From an uncultured Candidatus Saccharibacteria bacterium (GTDB taxonomy: Bacteria > Patescibacteriota > Saccharimonadia > CAILAD01 > BJGX01): a DNA stretch of 64,000 nucleotides. Where the stretch lies: NCBI GenBank assembly GCA_964610335.1, contig CAZSVP010000001.1, forward strand, positions 61,324 through 125,323, in the 5' to 3' direction. Of the stretch, positions 30,246-38,278 are shown one piece after another (within the stretch, counting starts at the first letter, position 1; every line of letters begins with the position of its first letter). The translations under genes were made by a program, and so were the position numbers. Under the pieces are notes generated by a model, which saw only the letters and a program-made list of their open reading frames with translations, did not search any database and was not told the origin of the DNA.

Positions 30246-30997
30246 TAGTCCCTGATGTGCTTTCCTGTTAGATCGATGAATACGTCTTCTAAGTTGGCCT
30301 TCTGTACCGGTGCGGCTTTCTTAAACCCACGTTTGAGTAGTTGATCAATCAGGTTCTTGGGTGTATCAAGTGCTATTATTTTGCCAGCATCCATAATCGC
30401 TACGCGATCACAAAGCAACTCGGCTTCATCCATATAGTGAGTTGTAAGAATAATAGTTTTGTCGCGCTTTTTGATCTCTTGTACTAGCTCCCAAACATTT
30501 CGTCGCGCCTGAGGATCTAGCCCAGTGGTGGGCTCGTCGAGGAATAGTACTACTGGATTATTGACTAGCGCTGCCGCAATACTAAATCGTTGTTTTTGAC
30601 CGCCTGATAGATCTTTGACCTTGGACTTAGCCTTGGCAGTAAGATCCACCTCACGCAACAACTCGTGTGGATCACGCCGGGTAGCATACAAGTCGCGAAA
30701 TACGTGCAGTAGCTCTATCAAACTCAGATTGTCAAAAAAAGCTGAGCTTTGGAGTTGTACACCTATTATTTCTTTCACAGCTTGCGGATCGTTTTTCACA
30801 TCTATGCCGTCCACCACAATTGATCCGCTATCAATAGTACGCAATCCTTCCATCATCTCGAGTGTAGTAGTCTTGCCGGCACCATTAGGCCCAAGAATTC
30901 CAAATACTTCACCCTCTTCTATTTCAAAATCAATACCTTTGACGGCGGCAAACTTCTCGTATGATTTCTTTAGTGCTTTGACAGATATGAGAGACAT
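30245..30997 (-). CDS. ABC transporter ATP-binding protein
   Basis: Walker A GPNGAGKTT, signature LSGGQKQR, and Walker B VLFLDEPTTGLD. Confidence 0.92.
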   Translation of the reverse strand: MSLISVKALKKSYEKFAAVKGIDFEIEEGEVFGILGPNGAGKTTTLEMMEGLRTIDSGSIVVDGIDVKNDPQAVKEIIGVQLQSSAFFDNLSLIELLHVFRDLYATRRDPHELLREVDLTAKAKSKVKDLSGGQKQRFSIAAALVNNPVVLFLDEPTTGLDPQARRNVWELVQEIKKRDKTIILTTHYMDEAELLCDRVAIMDAGKIIALDTPKNLIDQLLKRGFKKAAPVQKANLEDVFIDLTGKHIRD

Positions 30998-31041
30998 GGT
31001 ATGGTAAAGTCATTATAGCTGAAAATTTGGTAATAACTAGC

Positions 31042-31299
31042 ATGACCACTACCCAAGACTCCAACAACAACATTATCCGTCGCTTTGTCGACCACTATGG
31101 CGACGAGCCAGCCACCATGCCACTTATCGAAGAAGAAGTAGTTACTCAGCAAGGCACTCACCTCGACCCCTTGAGTCAACCCACTGAACCAAGCGTTATA
31201 TCCAATCAGCCACCTCGTTCTGATCCAAGCCCCGCTATGCTACGGACGTTTAAGCTGCAAGAAGAGATCAATCGCCGACGTAAGAAGCAGGGCAAATAG
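31042..31299 (+). CDS. Hypothetical small protein of about 85 aa, rich in acidic, Thr and Pro residues
   Basis: ORF only, convergent with the next gene. No motif recognised. Confidence 0.3.
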   Translation: MTTTQDSNNNIIRRFVDHYGDEPATMPLIEEEVVTQQGTHLDPLSQPTEPSVISNQPPRSDPSPAMLRTFKLQEEINRRRKKQGK

Positions 31300-32121
31300 T
31301 TACAGCTTGCTGAGTTTGGCGATCAATTGTCGATCCAGCTTCGAACCACACTTGGCCGCCCACTGCCTCTCAACACCCAGTTCAAACGCATACGCAAGAT
31401 ACTTATGATAGTGATCCTGAATGACCTTCAGCTCACTACTGCTTAGGTACTTTTTGAATGCAACAATTTGTGCCAAATCCTGTATACCTTCAGAGCTCAA
31501 GCGATTACTATTGACCAACCACCAGCCCGCGGCAAGACCAGCAATAGCCAACAGTATAATGGCTGAGCCTGGAAACAGATAGTTTAGCCCATAGACCACT
31601 GCCACCACTACACAGATTATTACAAATCCTAGCAGAATAGGCCCTGTTCGTTTTATCCGTGGAGGTTGGTCGTAAATACTCTCATCAATCAACTCGTCAC
31701 GGATAGCATTCTGCAAACTTACAAGTAAATGTTTATATGTATCTTTGCCAATGTTGCTTAGTACTCGTTGCTTAAGCGTTCTTGTAAAGATCTTGGACAG
31801 TAACAGCGATTCAAAATCTCTGATATCTTTGTGATCTGATTGATTGAGAAATGCCGTAAGCCCTGTCTGTGCTAGTTCTAGGTGAATTATGTGTCTAGAT
31901 TGTAAATCAAGTAATGTTGCCACTAGCTCATGCATAGTTAGCTTGCTATTTTGTAACATACCTATCTCAGCTGGAGCCAATCCATTTGGTGGGTGGCTTA
32001 CAACACCGACATTCTGCCTGGTGACTGCATACTTTTGGATTATTAGAACTGCCCAGCGCCAGCACAATCCAAACAGCGCACCAGCCAGTCCAACCATCAA
32101 TCCAATTGTGCGCCAATTCAT
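31300..32121 (-). CDS. Hypothetical membrane protein of 273 aa
   Basis: Two N-terminal TM helices, a soluble middle, and two C-terminal TMs. Confidence 0.5.
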   Translation of the reverse strand: MNWRTIGLMVGLAGALFGLCWRWAVLIIQKYAVTRQNVGVVSHPPNGLAPAEIGMLQNSKLTMHELVATLLDLQSRHIIHLELAQTGLTAFLNQSDHKDIRDFESLLLSKIFTRTLKQRVLSNIGKDTYKHLLVSLQNAIRDELIDESIYDQPPRIKRTGPILLGFVIICVVVAVVYGLNYLFPGSAIILLAIAGLAAGWWLVNSNRLSSEGIQDLAQIVAFKKYLSSSELKVIQDHYHKYLAYAFELGVERQWAAKCGSKLDRQLIAKLSKL

Positions 32122-32162
32122 AGTTCAATCATAACAAAAAAGATCCTCATAAGGATCAAATA

Positions 32163-32238
32163 TGGTGGGCCCGGTTGGATTTGAACCAACGACCAAGCGA
32201 TTATGAGTCGCCTGCTCTGACCACTGAGCTACGGGCCC
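32163..32238 (-). tRNA. tRNA-Ile2 (anticodon CAT, the predicted lysidine LAU tRNA)
   Basis: Reverse complement gggcccgtagctcagtggtcagagcaggcgactCATaatcgcttggtcgttggttcaaatccaaccgggcccacca. The anticodon arm and surrounding region (GAGCAGGCGACTCATAATCGCTTGGTCG) are identical to E. coli tRNA-Ile2 as recalled. Confidence 0.8.
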
Positions 32239-32290
32239 TTATAGTACTTACCACACTATTATAAACGAAAAGTATACCTTATATCACCAC

Positions 32291-32324
32291 ATAAACAAAG
32301 AAGCACCCATCGGGTGCTTCTTTG
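32291..32324 (-). terminator. Rho-independent terminator, hairpin gaagcaccc-atcg-ggtgcttc
   Basis: A 9-bp GC-rich stem followed by a T-run on the minus strand. It is downstream of the small acidic protein gene. Confidence 0.5.
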
Positions 32325-32338
32325 CCATCAATCGGCTA

Positions 32339-32500
32339 TTACATGCCGGCTTGATCGTCAGCTGGCTTAGACATAGCGTCATCGCCACCTTCAGCAGGCA
32401 TAGCTGCTTGGTCACCACCATCTGGAGCAGGTGCTGCGGGAGCAGCAGCTGGATCGTCGGCTGGAGCAGCTGGAGCTGGGTTCATGTTGTCGTCTTGCAT
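32339..32500 (-). CDS. Small acidic Pro/Ala-rich protein of 53 aa
   Basis: MQDDNMNPAPAAPADDPAAAPAAPAPDGGDQAAMPAEGGDDAMSKPADDQAGM. A strong SD, GGAGGG, lies 8 nt upstream. A terminator follows immediately. Not in the ORF track because it is under 60 aa. Confidence 0.45.
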   Translation of the reverse strand: MQDDNMNPAPAAPADDPAAAPAAPAPDGGDQAAMPAEGGDDAMSKPADDQAGM

Positions 32501-32581
32501 AAGTGTACCCTCCGTTATTTTTATGTTGCATCAATAATTATAACTCTTACGCTTAATAATTGAAAAACAACAGGTTAGCTA

Positions 32582-33217
32582 CTACTTCTTGTTGGTATTC
32601 TTGTAGTCTTTGATAGCTTGAGTAACTTTGCCGTCAGGCTTGAGGTTTTCCCAGAACAAGATCTCGCTCTTGTTGATATACATAGTGTCTTCAGGGCCGT
32701 GTAGCTCACCACCTAGCTTGGTCAAACTAAGTTGTGGCTGAGCCGCAGTAGTTTGCTGGGTCTGCCCAGTAGCTGTTTGGCCTTGCTGGTTTTGGACTTG
32801 TAGGTAGTAAATGTCACTAATCTTCACATAATCACCATCTACCTGGCTCAGGTGACCAAAGTAAACCATGTTGTTACTAAGAAACACTGCCTGATAGTTG
32901 TTGGTACCAGACTTCACATTGAACTCGTTGTATCGGCCAGTCATGACCTTCCAAACAAACATCACTACAGCTGCGGCAACTAACAGGGCTACAACAATTG
33001 CAATCCACTTACCTATGCCACGACGTGGCTTGGGAGGTTGAGGTTGTGGTGAAGTGTGCTGCGGCCTTGCTGGTGGCAGCGGCGGAGGAGGTGTGGTGCT
33101 TTGGTGATGCGGGCGAGGCGCATGAGAATTGGGTCGTGGTGCATGCTGAGGGCTAGGTGCTGGTCGGCGCATCGATGGCGGTATGCCCGCTGGTCTTGAT
33201 GATCGGTTTTGGTCCAT
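32582..33217 (-). CDS. Hypothetical type II membrane protein with a Pro-rich cytoplasmic N-terminus
   Basis: About 70 aa of P/Q/H-rich low complexity, one TM (IAIVVALLVAAAVVMFVW), then a roughly 115-aa extracytoplasmic domain. Confidence 0.5.
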   Translation of the reverse strand: MDQNRSSRPAGIPPSMRRPAPSPQHAPRPNSHAPRPHHQSTTPPPPLPPARPQHTSPQPQPPKPRRGIGKWIAIVVALLVAAAVVMFVWKVMTGRYNEFNVKSGTNNYQAVFLSNNMVYFGHLSQVDGDYVKISDIYYLQVQNQQGQTATGQTQQTTAAQPQLSLTKLGGELHGPEDTMYINKSEILFWENLKPDGKVTQAIKDYKNTNKK

Positions 33218-33393
33218 TTAAGTCTCTCCTATTAGCTCTATGCATAGTATTGTAACGGTTGTGCTTGCTATCTGTAAATGGGTATCAGCAGAAAATCTGT
33301 CAGATAAAAACTTCGGCGAACCTATTGACAGTGATAGCCAGGTTGCGTAATCTTAAGTTCATAAGCATAAATTAATTGTGAGGAGGAAATGCA

Positions 33394-33600
33394 ATGGCAT
33401 TTACACACGTCAATTCAAAAGGACAAACTTATTACCTACACCGCCGCGAGGTTACACTCAAGGGTGGTCGTTTACAAACTATCTACTTCTTCGCCCGTGA
33501 AGAAAAAGATGGTGTTATCGATGAAATGCCAGAAGGTATGGAAGTTGTAGAAAACACCAAGACCGGTCTACCAATCTTGAAGAAATCCAACAAAGAATAA
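33394..33600 (+). CDS. Hypothetical small protein of 68 aa
   Basis: GAGGAGG SD sits 7 nt upstream of the ATG. A TTGACA-N17-TAATCT promoter-like element is at about 33324-33352. A terminator follows. Confidence 0.5.
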   Translation: MAFTHVNSKGQTYYLHRREVTLKGGRLQTIYFFAREEKDGVIDEMPEGMEVVENTKTGLPILKKSNKE

Positions 33601-33620
33601 TACTAAAACAGTATTCACAA

Positions 33621-33651
33621 AAAATACCCCTTAAAAACAGGGGTATTTTTT
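33621..33651. terminator. Bidirectional rho-independent terminator (atacccc-ttaaaaac-aggggtat, flanked by A- and T-runs)
   Basis: A perfect hairpin with T-runs on both strands. It lies between convergent genes. Confidence 0.55.
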
Positions 33652-33665
33652 AGTTAAATGGTTAT

Positions 33666-34823
33666 CTAAGCTTTAGCAGGAAGCTGTTTGGCACGAATAG
33701 CCGCTATTCGCTCTCGACTACGCCCCACAATGGCCCCTATGCCCGCTATGGCAGCTACAAACCCTACTAAGCTGCCCAGAAACGGTATTAGGCCTACCGC
33801 TGCTAGCAAACCAGCCCCCAACAACAACTCTAGAGTCAGTGTACCGAAGCTGTAGGTTTTGCGCTTGAGTAGCCATTTGCCGATACAGTATGCTGTCATA
33901 AGCCCGCCCAACATCAGTACTGCCACATAGATAAGTAGACCAAAGATAGCCAGCTCAAACCCCACCATGGTAATTGCTACAAGGATAAGCGCCATAGGTG
34001 TTAAGAAGGCAAAGCCTACACCGTATAGAATTGATTTACCCAAGTATGATTGTTCCCAAGTTGCTGTAGCTCGAGCGCTACCAGGCAATACGCTAAATGT
34101 CACCAAACCTAATGCCAGTGAAGCCACCAGTAAGAACAAGGCACCAAGAACCATCGCAACTACTGATGTACCTGCAGTTGGCTTAGGGGTATCCACTATC
34201 TTGGTAATTGAGCCGGTGATGTTTTTGTCATTGGATATATTCACCTTGGCATCACTGACGTAAGCTAAGTTTCCGTCGATCTGAGCATTCTTACCAAGTG
34301 TAATCTCACTAGCATAGATCTTGGTATTGCTGCCAATGGTACCATCAACAGTTACTTGTGACCCAAAAAGGTATGCTTGTGTTCCTACATTGCCCTGCTG
34401 GTTGTAAATAGAGCCAAATGCCACCATGGAGCCAGCGACTTTAGCATCTTTTCCTACGGTGATATCACTACCAGCTAGGTAGCTACTACCCCCTACTCGG
34501 CCTTCAATAGTCACCTTGCTACCAGCAGCCATTACATTACCCCTTACGGTGCCTTTGACAGTCACTTCGCTTGCTGCAGCATAGAGAGAGCCTTCGATGT
34601 CGCCATTGATCACTACTGTACTACCAGCCAGCCAAGCATCACCAGTGACCTTGCCATCAATCGTTACACTTTCACCAGACTTAGCAAGCAAACCATTGTG
34701 TATATCTGAAGCAGACAATACCACACTGGCCGGCTGATCGTTATTTGACGCCATAGCTACGCCTGCCACACTAGTGAGCGCAAACAATGCAAGCATCACT
34801 ATTATCACTATTTTCTTTATCAT
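33666..34823 (-). CDS. Membrane protein with an N-terminal signal peptide, bactofilin-like (DUF583) beta-helical repeats, and a C-terminal polytopic TM domain
   Basis: Repeats VTIDGKVTGDAWLAGSTVVINGDIEGSLYAAASEVTVKGTVRGNVMAAGSKVTIEGRVGGSSYLAGSDITVG, followed by about six TMs. Confidence 0.5.
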   Translation of the reverse strand: MIKKIVIIVMLALFALTSVAGVAMASNNDQPASVVLSASDIHNGLLAKSGESVTIDGKVTGDAWLAGSTVVINGDIEGSLYAAASEVTVKGTVRGNVMAAGSKVTIEGRVGGSSYLAGSDITVGKDAKVAGSMVAFGSIYNQQGNVGTQAYLFGSQVTVDGTIGSNTKIYASEITLGKNAQIDGNLAYVSDAKVNISNDKNITGSITKIVDTPKPTAGTSVVAMVLGALFLLVASLALGLVTFSVLPGSARATATWEQSYLGKSILYGVGFAFLTPMALILVAITMVGFELAIFGLLIYVAVLMLGGLMTAYCIGKWLLKRKTYSFGTLTLELLLGAGLLAAVGLIPFLGSLVGFVAAIAGIGAIVGRSRERIAAIRAKQLPAKA

Positions 34824-34892
34824 AGAGTATCTCCTTATGTAATTCTTAACATCAGTGTAATACGTTTATCAAAACTTATGCAATAAAATCAC

Positions 34893-34922
34893 TTGACTCG
34901 TTCGTAGTATGTTCGTTATACT
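34893..34922 (+). promoter_or_regulatory. lexA promoter (TTGACT-N18-TATACT) with an embedded GTTC-N7-GTTC direct-repeat putative LexA operator at 34900-34914
   Basis: acTTGACTcGTTCgtagtatGTTCgtTATACT. The operator sits in the spacer between -35 and -10. The GTTC-N7-GTTC form is the SOS box described for Alphaproteobacteria. Confidence 0.5.
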
Positions 34923-34956
34923 ATTATTCAATAGCATAAGTAATTATTGGAGGGAT

Positions 34957-35586
34957 ATGGCTACTAAACAACCACTTACTAAAAAGCAACGTAAGACGCT
35001 CGACTTTGTTACTACGTTTATTGAACAACGTGGTTACTCACCTAGTTACCGCGAGATTGCGGCTGGGCTAAATCTGCATTCAGTTGCCACAGTAGCTCAA
35101 CATGTTGATACTTTGGTCAAGAAGGGGCTACTCATCAAGGGCAACAACTCCGCTCGATCCCTGATACCTGTAGAAGATATTGAAGAACAGGTCAACTCTA
35201 TGGGTGTGCAGCTACCTATTATGGGTATGATTGCTGCTGGTCAGCCAATTGAAACTCTCGAAGGCCATACTGAGACCCTCGAAGTTCCACCATTTATGGT
35301 CGGCACCAAGAAGTCTTATGTGCTGCAGGTGAAGGGTCAAAGTATGATCGAAGATGGTATCAACGATGGCGACTTTGTAGTTATTCAGGAAAAAGAAGTT
35401 CCTAGCAAGGGAGACGTGGTGGTAGCTCTAGTAAACAACTCCGAGGCAACACTCAAGCGTTACTACAAGGAAGGCAATCGTGTGCGTCTGCAGCCCGCCA
35501 ACTCCACTATGGAGCCTATATACGTCGAGGCTGGTACCCCACTTCAGATCCAAGGTGTTGTGATTGGCTTAATTCGCAAATACTAA
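34957..35586 (+). CDS. lexA: LexA repressor (wHTH plus S24 peptidase)
   Basis: GGAGGG SD. N-terminal HTH YREIAAGLNLHSVATVAQHVDTLVKKGLL. Cleavage-site region AAG. Ser/Lys dyad region VKGQSMIEDGI...ALVNNSEATLKRY. Confidence 0.85.
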   Translation: MATKQPLTKKQRKTLDFVTTFIEQRGYSPSYREIAAGLNLHSVATVAQHVDTLVKKGLLIKGNNSARSLIPVEDIEEQVNSMGVQLPIMGMIAAGQPIETLEGHTETLEVPPFMVGTKKSYVLQVKGQSMIEDGINDGDFVVIQEKEVPSKGDVVVALVNNSEATLKRYYKEGNRVRLQPANSTMEPIYVEAGTPLQIQGVVIGLIRKY

Positions 35587-35587
35587 A

Positions 35588-36010
35588 TTGATTGAGAAAA
35601 ATCAAAAACTATTTGACGAGCTAAGATCTCTCAACTTACCTATTGGCGAATACGCAGTTACAGCTAGTGGGCCGCTAGGAATAAGAGGTATTCGCGAGAT
35701 TAGCGATATAGATTTGGTGGTAAGCAATAAGCTATGGCAACAGCTCAAAGAAGAGTATCCAGTTGATAAGTCTGGTATCAAAAAGATTATTATTAGTGAC
35801 AAGATTGAAGCTTTTTGTGAACAATCGTTTGCCCATATACGTGAGCCAAACGATCCCGATGTAACTACACAAATCAAAACTGCCGAAATTATCGAAGGAC
35901 TTCCTTTTGTTTCGCTCGATGTCACTAAACACTACAAGAAAAAGATGTCCCGTCCAAAGGATTTAAAAGATATTGAGCTGATAGATACTTGGATTCTAGA
36001 AAACAGCTAG
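35588..36010 (+). CDS. Nucleotidyltransferase-fold (minimal NTase) domain protein of 140 aa, probably co-transcribed with lexA
   Basis: GPLGIRGIREISDIDLVV shows the G-x(n)-[DS]-h-[DE]-h NTase signature. There is a 1-nt gap after the lexA stop. Confidence 0.5.
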   Translation: MIEKNQKLFDELRSLNLPIGEYAVTASGPLGIRGIREISDIDLVVSNKLWQQLKEEYPVDKSGIKKIIISDKIEAFCEQSFAHIREPNDPDVTTQIKTAEIIEGLPFVSLDVTKHYKKKMSRPKDLKDIELIDTWILENS

Positions 36011-36598
36011 CTATTCGAGCACCCAGATCCAGTCGATGCAGACTTTGAATAGGTAGAGATTCACAAACGATCCTACCAAAGCGATTACAAGTTTTAGAAG
36101 AGCATCGAGTGGCTGTGAGCCTATGGTAAGCACAAATTGTCCAAAGCTTTCTAACCAATACGGATATGTTATGTTGAGCGACACTATTCCTAGTAATACT
36201 ACGGCAGCTACCAATCCTACTTGCATCAACACAGGTCGCAAGCGCTCTTGCTTGGTACCACGATTAACATATTCTCCTTCTAGCACTACCTCACTGCGTG
36301 CCTCTGAATAGAAGGAGTAAATAGAGTAGATCACTACATAAGCCACTATTCCCACTCCTGTCCAGAAGATTACCAGTGAGGCAAGATTGAGATACTGTCC
36401 CTTGCCAAATTGTTGAATTTGCTCAGCAAAACTGGCTTGCACGGCTGGCTCAGCTAGCACAGTACCGTTGGTAAGACGAAGCAATATTAGGTTGAAATTG
36501 AGTAGTATTGGTATACCAATTGTTAGTATCACCAATATATACCACTCCCTCACAGAAGGTATTAATATGCGCTCAAGCTGTTCGCGAGTTGGTTTCAA
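36011..36598 (-). CDS. Hypothetical polytopic membrane protein of 195 aa
   Basis: Four or five TM helices. No motif. Confidence 0.45.
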   Translation of the reverse strand: MKPTREQLERILIPSVREWYILVILTIGIPILLNFNLILLRLTNGTVLAEPAVQASFAEQIQQFGKGQYLNLASLVIFWTGVGIVAYVVIYSIYSFYSEARSEVVLEGEYVNRGTKQERLRPVLMQVGLVAAVVLLGIVSLNITYPYWLESFGQFVLTIGSQPLDALLKLVIALVGSFVNLYLFKVCIDWIWVLE

Positions 36599-36607
36599 CT
36601 ACAATTC

Positions 36608-37357
36608 CTACTGTTCTTGAGTAGCAACAGTCAGACTTACCATAGTTTTCTCATCGCTACTATATTGGGTCTTGTCACCATAAATCACGTATACAAGTTG
36701 TTGGTTACCTTTTGTAAATGATTGGGTCTTGCCGACGCCTAAGTCGATGCTGCTGCTATTCGCACTACTCCAACCTTGCTTACTAAGTTCACTTTCGTAC
36801 CATTGGTTAATAGACTCAGGGCTATCCTTGCTGGTAAATGTCACATTGTAAGCATTATCTTTGGATTTTACAGCCAGGCGGATTGTGGATGGTTTGTATA
36901 TAGGTACGTCACTTGGAAATCCACTTGGCAAGCTTACACTATTACCAAAACTTCCGGTATTGCCTTCTTTGTCAGTCACTGAGACAGTACCCTTACCAGC
37001 GTCGTAGTTTACACCGCTTTGCTTGGCCAAGTTACCAACTGCAAGAAACGATATAAACACTGCTAACACCGTCATCACCATCATGACTATCGAGATTATT
37101 ATTGAAGCTATAGCCAGGCCCTTGCCTCCCTCATTGCTCTTCTTGATTTGAGTGAGAGCCACTATACCAAGAATCAAACCTACAATAGGTATCAAAAAGG
37201 CCAATATGATAGCCGCAATCGCCAGACCATTGGTTTTTGGTTTGCCACTCGTGGTTGCAGTGGTAGCTGTAGTGGTCGTGGTAGCTTCTGGAGTTGTTTT
37301 GGTTTGTTTGACAGTCTCGGTTACTTTGGTGGGTTCGGTTGGTTTGTCGTCGGGCAT
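36608..37357 (-). CDS. Hypothetical membrane-anchored protein: Thr-rich N-terminus, two TMs, and an extracytoplasmic domain
   Basis: N-terminus TTTTTATTATTSGKPKTNG, TMs, and a C-terminal roughly 140-aa soluble domain. Confidence 0.5.
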   Translation of the reverse strand: MPDDKPTEPTKVTETVKQTKTTPEATTTTTATTATTSGKPKTNGLAIAAIILAFLIPIVGLILGIVALTQIKKSNEGGKGLAIASIIISIVMMVMTVLAVFISFLAVGNLAKQSGVNYDAGKGTVSVTDKEGNTGSFGNSVSLPSGFPSDVPIYKPSTIRLAVKSKDNAYNVTFTSKDSPESINQWYESELSKQGWSSANSSSIDLGVGKTQSFTKGNQQLVYVIYGDKTQYSSDEKTMVSLTVATQEQ

Positions 37358-37361
37358 GATT

Positions 37362-38273
37362 TTATTCCTTGTTATTAATATCTCTTAAGTTTATTGTAGG
37401 CTGGTTCGGATCTGTGGGCAAGAGTGGCTGCTCACTTACGAAGTTAGCAAATATCTGAGCACCATGCTTGGCAGAATCAATAGCTATTACATTATCTGCT
37501 GGATTGGTACCTGGAGTACGGAAGTTGTGCTCCACATTAGGATATGACAGAGACGCAATATCTGCCTTACTTCTAGCTTTGATATTCATAACTTGGTTAT
37601 ATCTGTCTTGAATAGGCTGGCTAATTGGTCTGTCATACTGCACCCAAGATAGCAACACGCGTCCAGAATAATTCTGTAGTGATTCAAATGATTTTGAGCT
37701 GTTCGCAGAAAAGTTCCGAGCCGCCTGCCCCCAAGTTGGACCAAAATGAGCTTGTTCAGTTTGTTTGGAGTAGGCTGCTGGCGAAACCAATACCAAATTC
37801 TTGATATCTACACCATCGCCCTTCAGTCGTTCGGCTACTTGCAGCGCTATGTGTCCGCCCATACTGTTTCCCAGCAATGTTATGTTTTGGGGGTCAAAAC
37901 GATCATCTTGGGCAAGTGATTTAACGGCGTTATACCAAGCATCTATTCGGTCGGCAATACTGGTGTCAAATGTGTCCCCTTCTGACCTGCCCATTCCGAC
38001 CGGGGCCATTACAAAACTAGCCTCACCGCTTGCCGCAAAAGCCTTGGCGTATTCGGAAAACACAGGAGTGAGCGGATCGTAGAGAGAGCTGTTCTCGGCA
38101 TTGCGAGGTATACCTCCGATCATGCATACCAACGGCAGCTTTTGCGCAGGCAAGCGCTTCTCTGGTAATACTAGTTTGGTCTCTAGACTCAATCCATCCC
38201 ACTCAAATGTACCTTGTTCTACCTCGTAATTCTGCTGTAGTTCGGGAGTTGATGACTGTTCTGGTGTACCCAT
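37362..38273 (-). CDS. Alpha/beta hydrolase (esterase/lipase-like)
   Basis: Nucleophile elbow GNSMGGHIAL (G-x-S-x-G). 303 aa. Confidence 0.65.
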   Translation of the reverse strand: MGTPEQSSTPELQQNYEVEQGTFEWDGLSLETKLVLPEKRLPAQKLPLVCMIGGIPRNAENSSLYDPLTPVFSEYAKAFAASGEASFVMAPVGMGRSEGDTFDTSIADRIDAWYNAVKSLAQDDRFDPQNITLLGNSMGGHIALQVAERLKGDGVDIKNLVLVSPAAYSKQTEQAHFGPTWGQAARNFSANSSKSFESLQNYSGRVLLSWVQYDRPISQPIQDRYNQVMNIKARSKADIASLSYPNVEHNFRTPGTNPADNVIAIDSAKHGAQIFANFVSEQPLLPTDPNQPTINLRDINNKE

Positions 38274-38278
38274 TATTC

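Noticed and set aside
33389-33550. Alternative ATG at 33389, in a different frame, directly after the GAGGAGG SD
   Set aside because: Spacing to the SD is only 2 nt. The ATG at 33394 has the ideal 7-nt spacing and gives the longer ORF.
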